The notes: generated by a model from the sequence alone, not told the origin. Counted from the stretch's first letter, positions 16,792 to 27,266 are shown. The stretch is 46,820 bases of DNA from Treponema sp. (GCA_018385395.1 JAHBAD010000045.1:1-46820), one strand, 5' to 3'. Translations and numbers: made by a program.

Positions 16792-18891
16792 TTATTTCAA
16801 AAAACCGTCGTTTGCAAACAGAAGCTGTTCGTATGTCGGGTAAGGACGGAATTCCATTCCCCACAAAGGCTCAATTGTATCTGCTACGGCGCGAACCTTT
16901 TCCATAAAAGGAATTACTTCGTCGGCATAGTAGCGGGCCTTTTCCATAAGACTCTTTTTTGACTTTGCAACAGAATGCATTTCTGCAAGTTTATCTGCAT
17001 TATCAGAAAGCTCTTCAGACAGAGCTGAAAGCTTCTTCCAGAGTTTTGTTACAGCCTTTGGAGCTGCACCTCTTATTCCTTTATGAATAACATCCCCAAG
17101 CAGAGCCATATATTTGAACGTTGCAGGAAGAATGTCGGAATGAATCATTTCCAGCATTGTTCCTACTTCAATGTTCAGCATCTTACAGTATTTTTCAAGC
17201 TTTACATCATAATGATGCTTCATTTCATCTTCTGTGTAGATGCCCATTTCTGTATACAGTTTAATATTTTTTGCATCCAGATAATGTGCCACTGCATCAG
17301 GAGTTGTGCGGTAATTTTTAAGTCCCCGTTTTTCAGCTTCAACTTTCCATTCTTCGCCGTATCCGTTTCCGTCAAAAAGGATACGCCAGTGTTCAGTAAT
17401 CTCACGTTTAATCAGAACCTGAAGATCAGAATCAAAATTCTTTGACTGTTCAAGTTCGTCGGCAAATGCTTTAAGTGCATAAGCCAGAATTGAGTTCATG
17501 GTTGTGTTCGGACCACTGATTGAAAGTGATGAACCAACTGAACGGAATTCAAAACGGTTTCCGGTAAAAGCAAATGGAGAAGTACGGTTACGGTCTGTGG
17601 AATCTTTTGGGATTGGCGGCAGAACGTCTACACCGATTTCAATTTTTTTATTTGAAGCTGCATCAAATGGTTTTCCCGTTTTAATTGATTTAAGAACAGC
17701 ATTAAGCTCATCGCCCATGTAAATTGACATGATTGCAGGTGGAGCTTCGTTTGCTCCAAGACGATGATCGTTTCCGGCACTTGCAACTGAAATGCGGAGC
17801 AGGTCCTGATATTCATCCACTGCTTTCATAACGGCTGTAATAAATAAAAGGAACTGTGCATTTTCGCGTGGTGATTTTCCAGGTGCGAAAATATTTTCAC
17901 CTTCATTTGTTGAAAGTGACCAGTTATTGTGCTTACCGCTTCCGTTTACTCCTTCAAAAGGTTTTTCATGAAGAAGGCAAACCATACCGTGCTTACGTGC
18001 AACCTTTTTCATTATTTCCATTGTAAGCTGGTTCTGGTCTGCGGCCAGGTTCGAAGTTGTAAAGATTGGAGCCATTTCGTGCTGGGCCGGAGCGGCTTCA
18101 TTATGTTCTGTCTTTGAATAAATGCCCAGCTTCCACAGTTCTGTATTCAAGTCTTCCATGTAAGCTGTAATACGTGGTTTAATGGCTGCAAAGTACTGGT
18201 CATCCATTTCCTGTCCTTTTACAGGACGAGCACCAAAAAGAGTACGACCGGTCATTTTAAGATCTTTACGTGCATTGAACATTTTTTCATCAACAAGGAA
18301 ATATTCCTGTTCAGGCCCCATTGTAGATGTTACATGTTTTGCAGTACTTCCAAAAAGTTTTAAGATGCGAAGACACTGTTCATTCAGAGCTTCCATAGAA
18401 CGAAGAAGCGGTGTCTTTTTATCCAGAGCTTCACCTGTATATGAACAGAAGGCTGTGGGAATACAAAGTGAATGATCTTTTACAAATGCGTAAGATGTAG
18501 GATCCCAGACTGTGTAACCGCGAGCTTCAAAAGTTGAGCGGCTTCCTCCACTTGGGAAAGATGAAGCATCAGGTTCACCTTTTACAAGTTCTTTTCCGGA
18601 AAAATCCATAATGACAGTTCCGTTACCTTTTGGCGAAAGGAAGCTGTCGTGCTTTTCAGCAGTAATACCTGTAAGCGGCTGAAACCAGTGTGTAAAGTGT
18701 GTTGCACCTTTAGAAATTGCCCAGTCTTTCATGCCCTGAGCCACGTGATTTGCCAGATCCAGATCCAGTGGAGTTCCGTTATCAATTGTTACCTTAAGAC
18801 GTTTGAAAACATCATCCGGCAGGAACTCCTTCATTGCTTTCTCATTAAATACGGAACTGCCAAAGAGCTCCGGTACATTCATTTCAGCCAT
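16792..18891 (-). CDS. glnA: Glutamine synthetase type III
   Basis: [57 protein letters not shown]; 699 aa. Confidence 0.96.
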   Translation of the reverse strand: MAEMNVPELFGSSVFNEKAMKEFLPDDVFKRLKVTIDNGTPLDLDLANHVAQGMKDWAISKGATHFTHWFQPLTGITAEKHDSFLSPKGNGTVIMDFSGKELVKGEPDASSFPSGGSRSTFEARGYTVWDPTSYAFVKDHSLCIPTAFCSYTGEALDKKTPLLRSMEALNEQCLRILKLFGSTAKHVTSTMGPEQEYFLVDEKMFNARKDLKMTGRTLFGARPVKGQEMDDQYFAAIKPRITAYMEDLNTELWKLGIYSKTEHNEAAPAQHEMAPIFTTSNLAADQNQLTMEIMKKVARKHGMVCLLHEKPFEGVNGSGKHNNWSLSTNEGENIFAPGKSPRENAQFLLFITAVMKAVDEYQDLLRISVASAGNDHRLGANEAPPAIMSIYMGDELNAVLKSIKTGKPFDAASNKKIEIGVDVLPPIPKDSTDRNRTSPFAFTGNRFEFRSVGSSLSISGPNTTMNSILAYALKAFADELEQSKNFDSDLQVLIKREITEHWRILFDGNGYGEEWKVEAEKRGLKNYRTTPDAVAHYLDAKNIKLYTEMGIYTEDEMKHHYDVKLEKYCKMLNIEVGTMLEMIHSDILPATFKYMALLGDVIHKGIRGAAPKAVTKLWKKLSALSEELSDNADKLAEMHSVAKSKKSLMEKARYYADEVIPFMEKVRAVADTIEPLWGMEFRPYPTYEQLLFANDGFLK

Positions 18892-19038
18892 ACTGTTACC
18901 CCATAGTATGAAAAAAAATTAATAATATATTTTATCGGAAATCGGGGTTTTTTGGAATTGACCTGGGTGATTTTCCCATTGCCTCCATTCTGTGGTCCTT
19001 GCAAAATGAAAGTATGGGAAGGAAGGCGGAGTGATAAT

Positions 19039-19479
19039 TCATTTGTTTGAAGAATAATCAATTAAATCAAAAACATTAAATATTTCAAAATCCTTCGGAT
19101 TCGCTGTCCAAAATACATCAATACCATGATTTGCATAGCAGGATGCCATATGAGTGTCGATTAATCTTTTTCTGCCCAGACCATATTGATTAAGCCACAA
19201 CTGTGCCCTTCCAAAACTCTGGTCATCAGGATAAATAATTCTAACTCTTTCCTGATCACACCAGAACCAGCTTTGTTCAATTGCCTGTTCCATTGTCATA
19301 GGATTTGTAAATCTTTTCGGATCTGTTACGATGTGCTGGAATTCCAGAAAAACATTATAAAAAATATACATCTGTTTATTTGTTGATTTCCAGTTATTAA
19401 AAAGTTTCAAAGCACCTTCATGTCTTGGAGATCCATTCATGGTCAAATCAACAAGGAAGCATGTATCAATACCTATCAT
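19039..19479 (-). CDS. vapC: PIN-domain (VapC family) toxin
   Basis: MIGIDTCFL, FLEF, RLIDTHMA, WTANPKDF; probable start at 19479. Confidence 0.88.
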   Translation of the reverse strand: MIGIDTCFLVDLTMNGSPRHEGALKLFNNWKSTNKQMYIFYNVFLEFQHIVTDPKRFTNPMTMEQAIEQSWFWCDQERVRIIYPDDQSFGRAQLWLNQYGLGRKRLIDTHMASCYANHGIDVFWTANPKDFEIFNVFDLIDYSSNK

Positions 19480-19720
19480 CCAGCATTTCTCCCCTGAAGT
19501 CTTCGTCTTCGCCTTCGCTTTCATGGATAAAATCTTTCTTCAAATCTCCAGAATTAAAAGAAACAAAATCATCCAGCGTTTTTTTCTTCTTAAGATTTTC
19601 CGAAAGATAAGAATTCATAGCCTTTCTGATCAATGCCGCAGTTTTTACTCCAAGCTTTAATGCTATTTCCTGATATGATGAATACACTTCATCAGATACA
19701 TATAAAGTTAATGGTTTCAT
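19466..19720 (-). CDS. RHH/CopG-type antitoxin
   Basis: MKPLTLYVSDEVY...KTAALIRKAM; overlaps the PIN gene start. Confidence 0.82.
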   Translation of the reverse strand: MKPLTLYVSDEVYSSYQEIALKLGVKTAALIRKAMNSYLSENLKKKKTLDDFVSFNSGDLKKDFIHESEGEDEDFRGEMLDDRY

Positions 19721-19755
19721 ATGTATAACATATGTATAATTTACCATAAAGTCAA
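19718..19755 (-). promoter_or_regulatory. Promoter/operator of the second TA pair (probably leaderless)
   Basis: TTGACT (19755-19750), 17 nt, TATGTT (19732-19727), 6 nt, ATG. Direct repeat CATATGTATAA x2 (19718-19739). Confidence 0.7.
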
Positions 19756-19779
19756 TGTATGTTCTTTTATGGGAGCAAT

Positions 19780-19823
19780 AAAAAAAACTGACAGCCACAA
19801 AGGACTTTCCCCGTGACTGTCAG
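19780..19823 (-). terminator. Rho-independent terminator after glgP
   Basis: CTGACAGTCAC...GTGGCTGTCAG followed by a T run on the minus strand. Confidence 0.8.
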
Positions 19824-19836
19824 CTTTCTTATTCAG

Positions 19837-19881
19837 TGGATAATTTTCAATTATCCATTATCAATTATCAATTATCAATTT
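19837..19881 (-). repeat. Heptamer tandem repeat (AATTGAT) x5 after the glgP stop
   Basis: Minus strand AATTGAT AATTGAT AATTGAT AATGGAT AATTGAA AATT. Confidence 0.8.
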
Positions 19882-19882
19882 C

Positions 19883-22327
19883 TTACAGTACCACCCTTTC
19901 CAGCTTCCAGATGTCGCGTACGTAATCTTCGATTGTACGGTCAGAGCTGAACTTTCCGGCGTTAGCAATGTTGATGATTGCTTTGCGAGCCCAGGCTTTG
20001 CGGTCTGAATAATCAGCGGCAATTCTTTCCTGTGCTTTTACGTAAGATTCAAAGTCTGCCAGCAGATAGTAAACGTCTGGGCGCTGACCTTCTACACCGT
20101 AAACAAGGGAATCGTAAAGCTCTTTGAAAATCTGATGTGTCGGATCGTAAGTACCGTCAACCAGCTGATCAAGAACTTTTGCCAGAGCAGGATTACGGCT
20201 CATATATTCCTGTGGGTTGTATGAGTGTTCGTTTTCCATCTTGATGATTTCGTCAGAAGTAAGACCGAATACGTAAGCGTTTTCTGCTCCTGCTTCTTCT
20301 ACGATTTCAATATTTGCACCGTCCATTGTTCCAAGTGTCAGAGCACCGTTCAGCATGAACTTCATGTTTGATGTACCTGAAGCTTCAAGACCTGCTGTTG
20401 AAATCTGTTCTGAAACATCAGCAGCCGGGAAGATTTTTTCTGCAACTGAAACACGATAGTTTTCTACGAAAACCACACGGATCTTTCCGCGAACGCGGCG
20501 GTCATTGTTTACGCGGTCAGCAACTGTGTTAATCAGCTTAATGATTGATTTTGCACGGCGGTAACCTGAAGCAGCCTTTGCTCCAAAAATAAATGTACGT
20601 GCAGGAGGATTGAAGCTTGGATCTTCAACCAGGCGGTTGTACAGATACATAATGTGGAGCACGTTCAGAAGCTGGCGTTTGTATTCGTGGAGACGTTTTA
20701 CCTGAACGTCGAAAATACTTTCAGGATCCAGGAATTCGTTCTGTGCGTGTTTAAGGTAATCAGCAAGAGCCTGTTTGTTATCCTGTTTGATTTTCAGGAA
20801 TGCGTCGATTGATGCTGCATCGTCAGCGAACTTTTCAAGTTCCTTCAGTTTAGAAAGTTCTTTTTCCCAGCCGTGACCAATTCTGTCTGTAATGAATTTT
20901 GCAAGTTCAGGGTTTGCATTCAAAAGCCAGCGGCGCTGTGTAATACCGTTTGTTTTGTTGTTGAACTTTGCAGGATACAGATCGTACCAGTCTTTAAGTT
21001 CTTTTGTTTTAAGAAGTTCTGTGTGAAGAGCTGCAACACCATTTACGCTGAAACATGCGTGAATTGCAAGCCATGCCATGTAAACTTTATCATTATGGAT
21101 AATAGACATGTGCTGGTGTTTTTCGTAATCGTTCGGATATTTCTGGCGCAGTTCAATAAGAAGACGGCGGTTGATTTCTTCAACAATCTGATAGATACGT
21201 GGCAGCAGCCCCTGGAAAATACTGATAGGCCATTTTTCCAGAGCTTCAGCAAGGATTGTATGGTTTGTATAAGCAAAGGTTTTTGTAACAATATCCCAAG
21301 CAGCATCCCATCCAACATTGTAATCATCCATAAGGATGCGCATAAGTTCAGGAATTGCAACAACAGGATGTGTATCGTTCAGCTGGATTATATGAAGTTC
21401 AGGGAACTTTTTGAAGTCTGTACCATAATCAGCAACATAATGGCGAACCAGGTCCTGAAGGGAAGCCGAACTGAAGAAGTACTGCTGCTTAAGACGAAGT
21501 GCTTTTCCGCTTGGACCATTATCATTTGGGTACAGAACACGGCTGATATTTTCTGCACTGTTCTGGCGTTCAACGGCACGGTTGTAATCCATATTGTTGA
21601 AAAGCTGAAGGTCGAATCCGTTTGGAGAAGATGCTTCCCAAAGACGCAGAGTATTTACAGTTTTTGTATCAAAACCAACGATTGGCATATCGTATGGAGT
21701 TGCAATTACTTCTTCTGCATTTTCAATGTAGAAACGTGGCTGTCCGTCAGGAGTTTTTCCATACGCAATGTTTCCACCGAACTTAACTGTTACCTGAAGG
21801 TCAGAACGTTTTACTTCCCATGGGTCACGGTGTTTGAGCCAGTTGTCAGGATATTCAACCTGGTAACCGTCTTCAATTTTCTGTTCAAACATTCCGTATT
21901 CGTAGCGGATACCGTATCCGTGTCCAGGATAATCAAGTGTTGCAAGTGAGTCCAGGAAACATGCTGCAAGACGTCCAAGACCACCGTTTCCAAGACCTGC
22001 ATCAGGTTCTTCATCTTCAATCATATCAAAGTTGATATTCATTCCCTGAAGAACTTCTTTTACTGCATCCTTAATTCCACAGTTGATCAGGTTGTTTGAA
22101 AGGGCACGTCCCATAAGGAACTCTGCTGATAAATAATAAAGCTGTCTTGTCGGTTTCTTTTCATATTCATTACGGGTAGCCATCCAGTTATCCATAATGA
22201 TTTCACGGGCAGAAGCCGAAACAGCATCAAAAAGGTCATGCTTGTTTGCCTGGCTGATGTCTTTTCCGTACTGGCGGCGAAGACGGCCTGAAAGATTTTC
22301 TTTAAATTTTTCTGCATCAAATACCAT
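19883..22327 (-). CDS. glgP: Glycogen/starch phosphorylase (GT35)
   Basis: GLGNGGLGRLAACF, QLNDTHP, KRLHEYKRQ, EASGTSNMK. ATG at 22327 with GAGGAG RBS. Confidence 0.97.
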   Translation of the reverse strand: MVFDAEKFKENLSGRLRRQYGKDISQANKHDLFDAVSASAREIIMDNWMATRNEYEKKPTRQLYYLSAEFLMGRALSNNLINCGIKDAVKEVLQGMNINFDMIEDEEPDAGLGNGGLGRLAACFLDSLATLDYPGHGYGIRYEYGMFEQKIEDGYQVEYPDNWLKHRDPWEVKRSDLQVTVKFGGNIAYGKTPDGQPRFYIENAEEVIATPYDMPIVGFDTKTVNTLRLWEASSPNGFDLQLFNNMDYNRAVERQNSAENISRVLYPNDNGPSGKALRLKQQYFFSSASLQDLVRHYVADYGTDFKKFPELHIIQLNDTHPVVAIPELMRILMDDYNVGWDAAWDIVTKTFAYTNHTILAEALEKWPISIFQGLLPRIYQIVEEINRRLLIELRQKYPNDYEKHQHMSIIHNDKVYMAWLAIHACFSVNGVAALHTELLKTKELKDWYDLYPAKFNNKTNGITQRRWLLNANPELAKFITDRIGHGWEKELSKLKELEKFADDAASIDAFLKIKQDNKQALADYLKHAQNEFLDPESIFDVQVKRLHEYKRQLLNVLHIMYLYNRLVEDPSFNPPARTFIFGAKAASGYRRAKSIIKLINTVADRVNNDRRVRGKIRVVFVENYRVSVAEKIFPAADVSEQISTAGLEASGTSNMKFMLNGALTLGTMDGANIEIVEEAGAENAYVFGLTSDEIIKMENEHSYNPQEYMSRNPALAKVLDQLVDGTYDPTHQIFKELYDSLVYGVEGQRPDVYYLLADFESYVKAQERIAADYSDRKAWARKAIINIANAGKFSSDRTIEDYVRDIWKLERVVL

Positions 22328-22361
22328 AGAGTTCTCCTCTCTTAGGGGCACTGCCCCGTTT

Positions 22362-24467
22362 TTATTTTCCTATAAGAATTACAGAACTGCCGCTGATCAG
22401 AACATATCTTTTCTGATCCATAAGCTGTTCTTCGGTGCCTTCCATACAGAAGTCATCCGGACTTTCAAATGATGTATCAACCACACGGTACCAGTTTTTT
22501 CCGATTGGAAGTGTTGGCAGTGTAATTGTCAGATCGTAAATGTCAGTATTCGAAGCAATGTAAAAATCTGATTTTTCATCTGAAAGTTTATAACTTAAGA
22601 AGCGGTTTGATCCGTTCCAGTCCGGATTTTTGCCGTTTCTGTCATACCATGTTAATTCCTGGCGGTTTTCCTCGCTGAAAAAAGTTTCGCGGCGGAAGCA
22701 GGCATTATTTTTTCGTAAAGCAATAAGGCCTTTCACAAAGCGGACAAGCCCTGCATTTTTTTCTGCAAGAGTCCAGTCAAACCAGCTTACCTCAGAATCC
22801 TGGCAGTAAGCATTGTTGTTTCCTCCCTGAGTACGGCGCATTTCATCGCCGCCCAGCATCATAGGAACCCCCTGACTTGTCATAAGATAAACCATAAAAT
22901 TTTTGATTTTCTTAAGGCGCAGTGCTTCGATCTTAGGGTTTTCACTTTCGCCTTCATACCCATGATTGTAGCTGAGGTTGTCATCAGAACCATCACGGTT
23001 TTCTTCGCCGTTATCTTCGTTGTGTTTATGGTTATAGCTTACCAGATCATTCAAGGTAAAGCCGTCATGTGCTGTAATGAAATTAATTGAAGCAAGAGGG
23101 CTTCTGTCAGCCGCTTTATACAGATCCGAACTACCGGCAAGGCGTGTTGCCGCAAGGGTTGCAGTTCCTTCGTCGCCCCGGATAAAACGGCGCATATCAT
23201 CTCGATACTTGCCGTTCCATTCGCTCCACCTTTTTCCAGGAAAGCTTCCAACCTGGTAACAGCCTGCAGCATCCCAAGGCTCGGCAATAATTTTTGTTCT
23301 GCTCAAAACAGGGTCTTCTGCAATGGCACATACAAGAGGCGGATTTGCAGGAATATGACCGTTTGCCTCGCGGCAGAGAATTGAAGCCAGGTCGAAGCGG
23401 AACCCGTCAACGTGCATTTCCATTACCCAGTAACGGAGACTTTCAATAATGAATCTCCGCACAACAGGATGATTACAGTTCACTGTATTTCCGCAGCCTG
23501 AGTAATTCATGTAATACTGTTTTTCATATTCAGGAAGACTGTAATAAACTGAGTTTTCAAAACCGCGGAACATGAAAGTGTATCCGTTTTCATTTCCTTC
23601 CGCAGTGTGATTGTAAACAACATCAAGAATTACTTCGATGCCTTCTTTATGCAACACCTTAACAAGTTCCTTGAATTCGCGGACAGCGCCGCCAGGAGTC
23701 TGGTCGTATGCATATGAAGTTTTTGGAGCAAAGAACCCGATTGTACTGTAGCCCCAGTAATTTACAAGCTTAAGTCCTGTTCTCGGATTTTCATTTCCGT
23801 TTTCGTTTTCATCAAATTCGAAAATAGGAAGAAGCTCAACAGATGTAATTCCAAGATCTTTAAGGTGCTGGATTTTTTTCTGGAAACCTTTGTAAGTTCC
23901 GCGGCCTTCTTCCACAGAAATTCCTGAAGTTTCAGATGCAGTAAAACCTTTTACATGAGTTTCATAAATGACAGTATCCTTCAAAGGATAATTCAGCGGC
24001 TTGTCACCTTCCCAGTCAAAATTTTTATCATCAACGACTACACACTTCGGAAAATCGGAAAGATCCTGAAGCTCACCGTTCTGAATTCCGGCAAGCCCGG
24101 AAGCGCGCTGTTTGTTGTAGGAACGGAAAACTGAACCTCTGGTAAAAGCTTTAGCACAAGGATCCAGAAGATATTTTACAAAGTTGAAGCGATGTCCTTC
24201 CGGCGGTACATAAGGGCCGTCGACGCGGTAAAGATAAAGGGTTCCTTCCCCTTTTCCCTGAACAAAGCAGTGCCACAAATCGCCGGTCTTGTTTGTTACA
24301 GGGTCAAACTCATAACTTTCCGAAGGCTGTACAGCATCATCCCTGTCAAAAAAATAAATGACTACCCTTGTTGCGTTTTTAGAATAAACAGTAAAGTTCA
24401 CTCCTCCGTCCATAACGGTAGCACCTGAAAGAAGAGGATTTCCACTCTGTACAATTAATTCGCCCAT
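22362..24467 (-). CDS. glgX: Glycogen debranching enzyme / isoamylase (GH13)
   Basis: NYWGY, DVVYNHT, DGFRFDLA, IAEPWD, AHDGFTL, GNNNAYCQD. Confidence 0.97.
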   Translation of the reverse strand: MGELIVQSGNPLLSGATVMDGGVNFTVYSKNATRVVIYFFDRDDAVQPSESYEFDPVTNKTGDLWHCFVQGKGEGTLYLYRVDGPYVPPEGHRFNFVKYLLDPCAKAFTRGSVFRSYNKQRASGLAGIQNGELQDLSDFPKCVVVDDKNFDWEGDKPLNYPLKDTVIYETHVKGFTASETSGISVEEGRGTYKGFQKKIQHLKDLGITSVELLPIFEFDENENGNENPRTGLKLVNYWGYSTIGFFAPKTSYAYDQTPGGAVREFKELVKVLHKEGIEVILDVVYNHTAEGNENGYTFMFRGFENSVYYSLPEYEKQYYMNYSGCGNTVNCNHPVVRRFIIESLRYWVMEMHVDGFRFDLASILCREANGHIPANPPLVCAIAEDPVLSRTKIIAEPWDAAGCYQVGSFPGKRWSEWNGKYRDDMRRFIRGDEGTATLAATRLAGSSDLYKAADRSPLASINFITAHDGFTLNDLVSYNHKHNEDNGEENRDGSDDNLSYNHGYEGESENPKIEALRLKKIKNFMVYLMTSQGVPMMLGGDEMRRTQGGNNNAYCQDSEVSWFDWTLAEKNAGLVRFVKGLIALRKNNACFRRETFFSEENRQELTWYDRNGKNPDWNGSNRFLSYKLSDEKSDFYIASNTDIYDLTITLPTLPIGKNWYRVVDTSFESPDDFCMEGTEEQLMDQKRYVLISGSSVILIGK

Positions 24468-24588
24468 ATTCTGGTCTAGTATATCAAATTCACAGGTGAA
24501 ATTCCATATATAAATGGAGAATTTGGAGAAAGGGGAAAGCCTTCCCCTACAAATACTAATTGATTTTAATACTTGTCAATGTTTATCC

Positions 24589-24623
24589 TTGACTTTAAAC
24601 TTGTACAATTGTACATTAGATAT
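24589..24623 (+). promoter_or_regulatory. Promoter/operator of the third TA pair (probably leaderless)
   Basis: TTGACT (24589-24594), 17 nt, TACATT (24612-24617), 6 nt, ATG. Perfect palindrome TGTACAATTGTACA (24602-24615). Confidence 0.75.
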
Positions 24624-25013
24624 ATGAGTGATATTCTAATCCATGCTTCATGTGTACTTTCTTTTTTGCTGAACCAGGAAGGGAGTAAAAATGTTGTTTC
24701 AATTGTTGGCGAAAATCAACTGGTAGCTCCAAGTTGTTTACCTTTTGAAATTGGAAATGCTATCAGCAAATTGATAAAACGAAAACTTATTTCGGTATAT
24801 GAAGGTGTTTCTGTTTTTCACGAATTTGCACGAATTCCTATCAGGTTAATTGAACCTGATATTCCAAATTCCATTGTAATTGCCGGTGAATCAGAGTCTT
24901 ATGCATACGATTGTTATTATCTCAATATAGCATCTCAAATGGTTCTACCTTTGTTTACTTATGATGACAAAATGAAAGAAACTGCGGAAAAGAGAGGTAT
25001 AAAATGCTTGTAG
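24624..25013 (+). CDS. vapC: PIN-domain (VapC family) toxin; first catalytic Asp replaced by His
   Basis: ILIHAS, FEIGNA, YAYDCYY, LFTYDDKM. Confidence 0.85.
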   Translation: MSDILIHASCVLSFLLNQEGSKNVVSIVGENQLVAPSCLPFEIGNAISKLIKRKLISVYEGVSVFHEFARIPIRLIEPDIPNSIVIAGESESYAYDCYYLNIASQMVLPLFTYDDKMKETAEKRGIKCL

Positions 25014-25225
25014 TAACATATTCAGAAGCCAGACAGAATTTTGCATCAGTATTGGATACTTCAAAAAAAGATGGCGTTGTTGTTGTAAAAAGAGCTGACG
25101 GATCCTCTTTTAAAATTACACCAGAAATCGAAAAGAAATCTCCATTTACCGGAATAAAAACTCTTGCAAACATTAAGCAAGAAGAAATCCTTTCAGCATT
25201 AAGGGAAACTAGAGAAGAAAACTAA
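25004..25225 (+). CDS. Phd/YefM family antitoxin
   Basis: TYSEARQNFASVLD...VVVKRADG. Confidence 0.88.
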   Translation: MLVVTYSEARQNFASVLDTSKKDGVVVVKRADGSSFKITPEIEKKSPFTGIKTLANIKQEEILSALRETREEN

Positions 25226-25584
25226 GCCATGAAACTGAAAATTTCGCCGGCCTGAGGCATGGAGCCTGCCATGAACTGAGGAGCGGTGTTTACAGCCTGC
25301 TTAATCTGGAACTGATAGTGTTTGATGAGCTGTTCTGCAGTTTCGTCATTAATGCTGGTAAATGATTTTGCAGGCTCATTTTTTATTGCGGAAAGACGTT
25401 CTATCATGGCGTTGAGAATCTGGATTTTTGTGATTGAAACTCCGTTCTGTCCGCTTTTAGCGGCAACGCCTGAAACATGGTCAAAATGAGAATAGAGAAC
25501 TGCATTTTTGTTTACAGGAACGTAAAGCTTTGAAGCTCCTGCGCCGTATGAGTATGGGTTTAAGTTTCCGATTGATGTAGTCAT
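25222..25584 (-). CDS. Hypothetical protein
   Basis: 120-aa ORF with GGAG RBS; no recognised motif. Confidence 0.7.
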   Translation of the reverse strand: MTTSIGNLNPYSYGAGASKLYVPVNKNAVLYSHFDHVSGVAAKSGQNGVSITKIQILNAMIERLSAIKNEPAKSFTSINDETAEQLIKHYQFQIKQAVNTAPQFMAGSMPQAGEIFSFMA

Positions 25585-25664
25585 CTCTTTTCTCCGTGAA
25601 GACCAAAAATATTCAGTCTTCTATATATATGTTCGGAAAACGGAGAAAAGAGTTTAGTAAAATT

Positions 25665-27011
25665 TTAGCCCCAGACGAACCAGAGGCTTACAGCTGCAGC
25701 GGCAGTTGTAAGGATTGTGAATGGAGCGGCAATCTTTAAGAATCCGCCAAAGTTTACAGGATGACCTTCATCCTTAAGTATTCCCATGGCAACAACGTTG
25801 GCAGATGCCCCGTAAGGTGTCAGGTTTCCGCCAAGACATGAACCTATAAGCAGTGCGAACATAAAAAGTTCAGGTGCAATGTTCATCTGTGCGGCCATAT
25901 TTCCGGCGACAGGAAGCATAACAATGATGTAAGGAACGTTATCAACAAAGCCGGAAATAAGGATGGAAACCAGAAGAATAAGAATAAAGCCTGCAAGTTT
26001 GTTTCCGTTTGTAATGCGGCCAAGGAAAAGTGCCAGGTCATTCAAAAGACCTGCTTCGCTGATGGCACCAACCACAACAAAAATCCCCATAAGAAAGAAA
26101 ATTGTTTCCCAGTCCAGACCGAAAATCAATTCCTTTACTTCGGACATATTTTTTTTCTGACTGAAAATGTACCAGAGAACTCCCACAATTCCCAAAGCAA
26201 GAACAAAACCGCCGGAAATATAAGTAAGCCCGTCACTAAAGAAAGAAATAAGGGCAAGCCCAAAAATCATGCTTAAAAGCAGAATGAATGGAACCCAGCT
26301 GATAATCGGTTCTTTTTCAACTTCCGACTTGTCCTTGTACTTTGCAAAGAAGCAGTAGAAATAAAGACATCCTACAAGAAGACCTGCCTGAATAAAGAAG
26401 AAAACTGAAATCTTTCCCTGACTTATAAAAAAGTCATTGAATGTGTAGCCTGAATATGAAGCAAAAATCATGCTTGGAGGGTCGCCTACCAGAGTTGCAG
26501 TTCCTTCAAGGTTTGACATAACGGCAAGACCGATCATAAATGGAACAGGATTTATTTTAAGCTTTTTACTTATGCTAAGGGCAATAGGTGCCATAACAAG
26601 AACAGTTGCTACGTTTTCTACGAAAATTGAAATAATGCCTGTAAGTGCAAGAATCATTACAACGGCAACACCTGTTGAGCGGCAGGAGCCCACAATAACA
26701 TCAGCAATCAAAGCCGGAACTTTTGAATAAAGGAAAAGAGCCGCAATTGTCATAGCCCCTACATAAATCATCAGAACGTTCCAGTTAATAAGATTCCCCA
26801 AAGTATGTGTAAGGGGAAACCAGCGGGAACTGTCAGCTACAGCCGAAACAACCCCTGCTTCAGCTCTGAAAATCTGTCCCGGGAAACACATCCCGAGAAC
26901 CAAAAGCAAAACAGCAGAAGCGGTTGTAAACCATACTTTTTTGTCCTGAAAAGCGATTACCAGAAGATACATTAGAACCGCAATTGCAAGGACAATCCAT
27001 TTCAAAGTCAT
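25665..27011 (-). CDS. IT-superfamily (ArsB/NhaD/CitMHS/SLC13-like) permease
   Basis: About 11 TM segments, ENVATVL, TLVGDPPS, SGFVDNVP, GGNLTPYGASAN. Confidence 0.9.
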   Translation of the reverse strand: MTLKWIVLAIAVLMYLLVIAFQDKKVWFTTASAVLLLVLGMCFPGQIFRAEAGVVSAVADSSRWFPLTHTLGNLINWNVLMIYVGAMTIAALFLYSKVPALIADVIVGSCRSTGVAVVMILALTGIISIFVENVATVLVMAPIALSISKKLKINPVPFMIGLAVMSNLEGTATLVGDPPSMIFASYSGYTFNDFFISQGKISVFFFIQAGLLVGCLYFYCFFAKYKDKSEVEKEPIISWVPFILLLSMIFGLALISFFSDGLTYISGGFVLALGIVGVLWYIFSQKKNMSEVKELIFGLDWETIFFLMGIFVVVGAISEAGLLNDLALFLGRITNGNKLAGFILILLVSILISGFVDNVPYIIVMLPVAGNMAAQMNIAPELFMFALLIGSCLGGNLTPYGASANVVAMGILKDEGHPVNFGGFLKIAAPFTILTTAAAAVSLWFVWG

Positions 27012-27048
27012 AAAAACCTTCCTTTTGTGGAAAATAATACTACATATA

Positions 27049-27071
27049 AATCAAATATATTTTATTTGATT
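27049..27071. promoter_or_regulatory. Perfect 9-5-9 inverted repeat upstream of the permease (operator-like)
   Basis: AATCAAATA-TATTT-TATTTGATT. Confidence 0.45.
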
Positions 27072-27092
27072 AGTTATGGTCTCTAAAAAACT

Positions 27093-27266
27093 TACTCCCG
27101 GTCACAATCACGACCTACTAGGAACGCTAGCTTGCGTCGCTGAATAGTTTCTTTGACCCGCTTCACATGCAGCTGTCGATCGCTGCAAAACAGCTACCTT
27201 ACCAGGGGCTTGGGGGCGGGCCCCCAAACTAGCGTCCTGACACACCCATTTTTGTGACTGGGAGTA
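27093..27266. mobile_element. MITE (non-autonomous, IS630/Tc1-mariner-like ends)
   Basis: TA-CTCCCGGTCACAA (27095-27107) ... TTGTGACTGGGAG (27252-27264)-TA; 12/13 TIR match. GC-rich interior in an AT-rich spacer, no ORF. Confidence 0.75.

Noticed and set aside
18892-19038. Possible riboswitch upstream of glnA
   Set aside because: Only a weak TTCCCAT/ATGGGAA pairing, with no recognisable aptamer consensus.
20873-21949. 358-aa ORF antisense to glgP
   Set aside because: Shadow frame of a strongly codon-biased gene; no recognisable domain.
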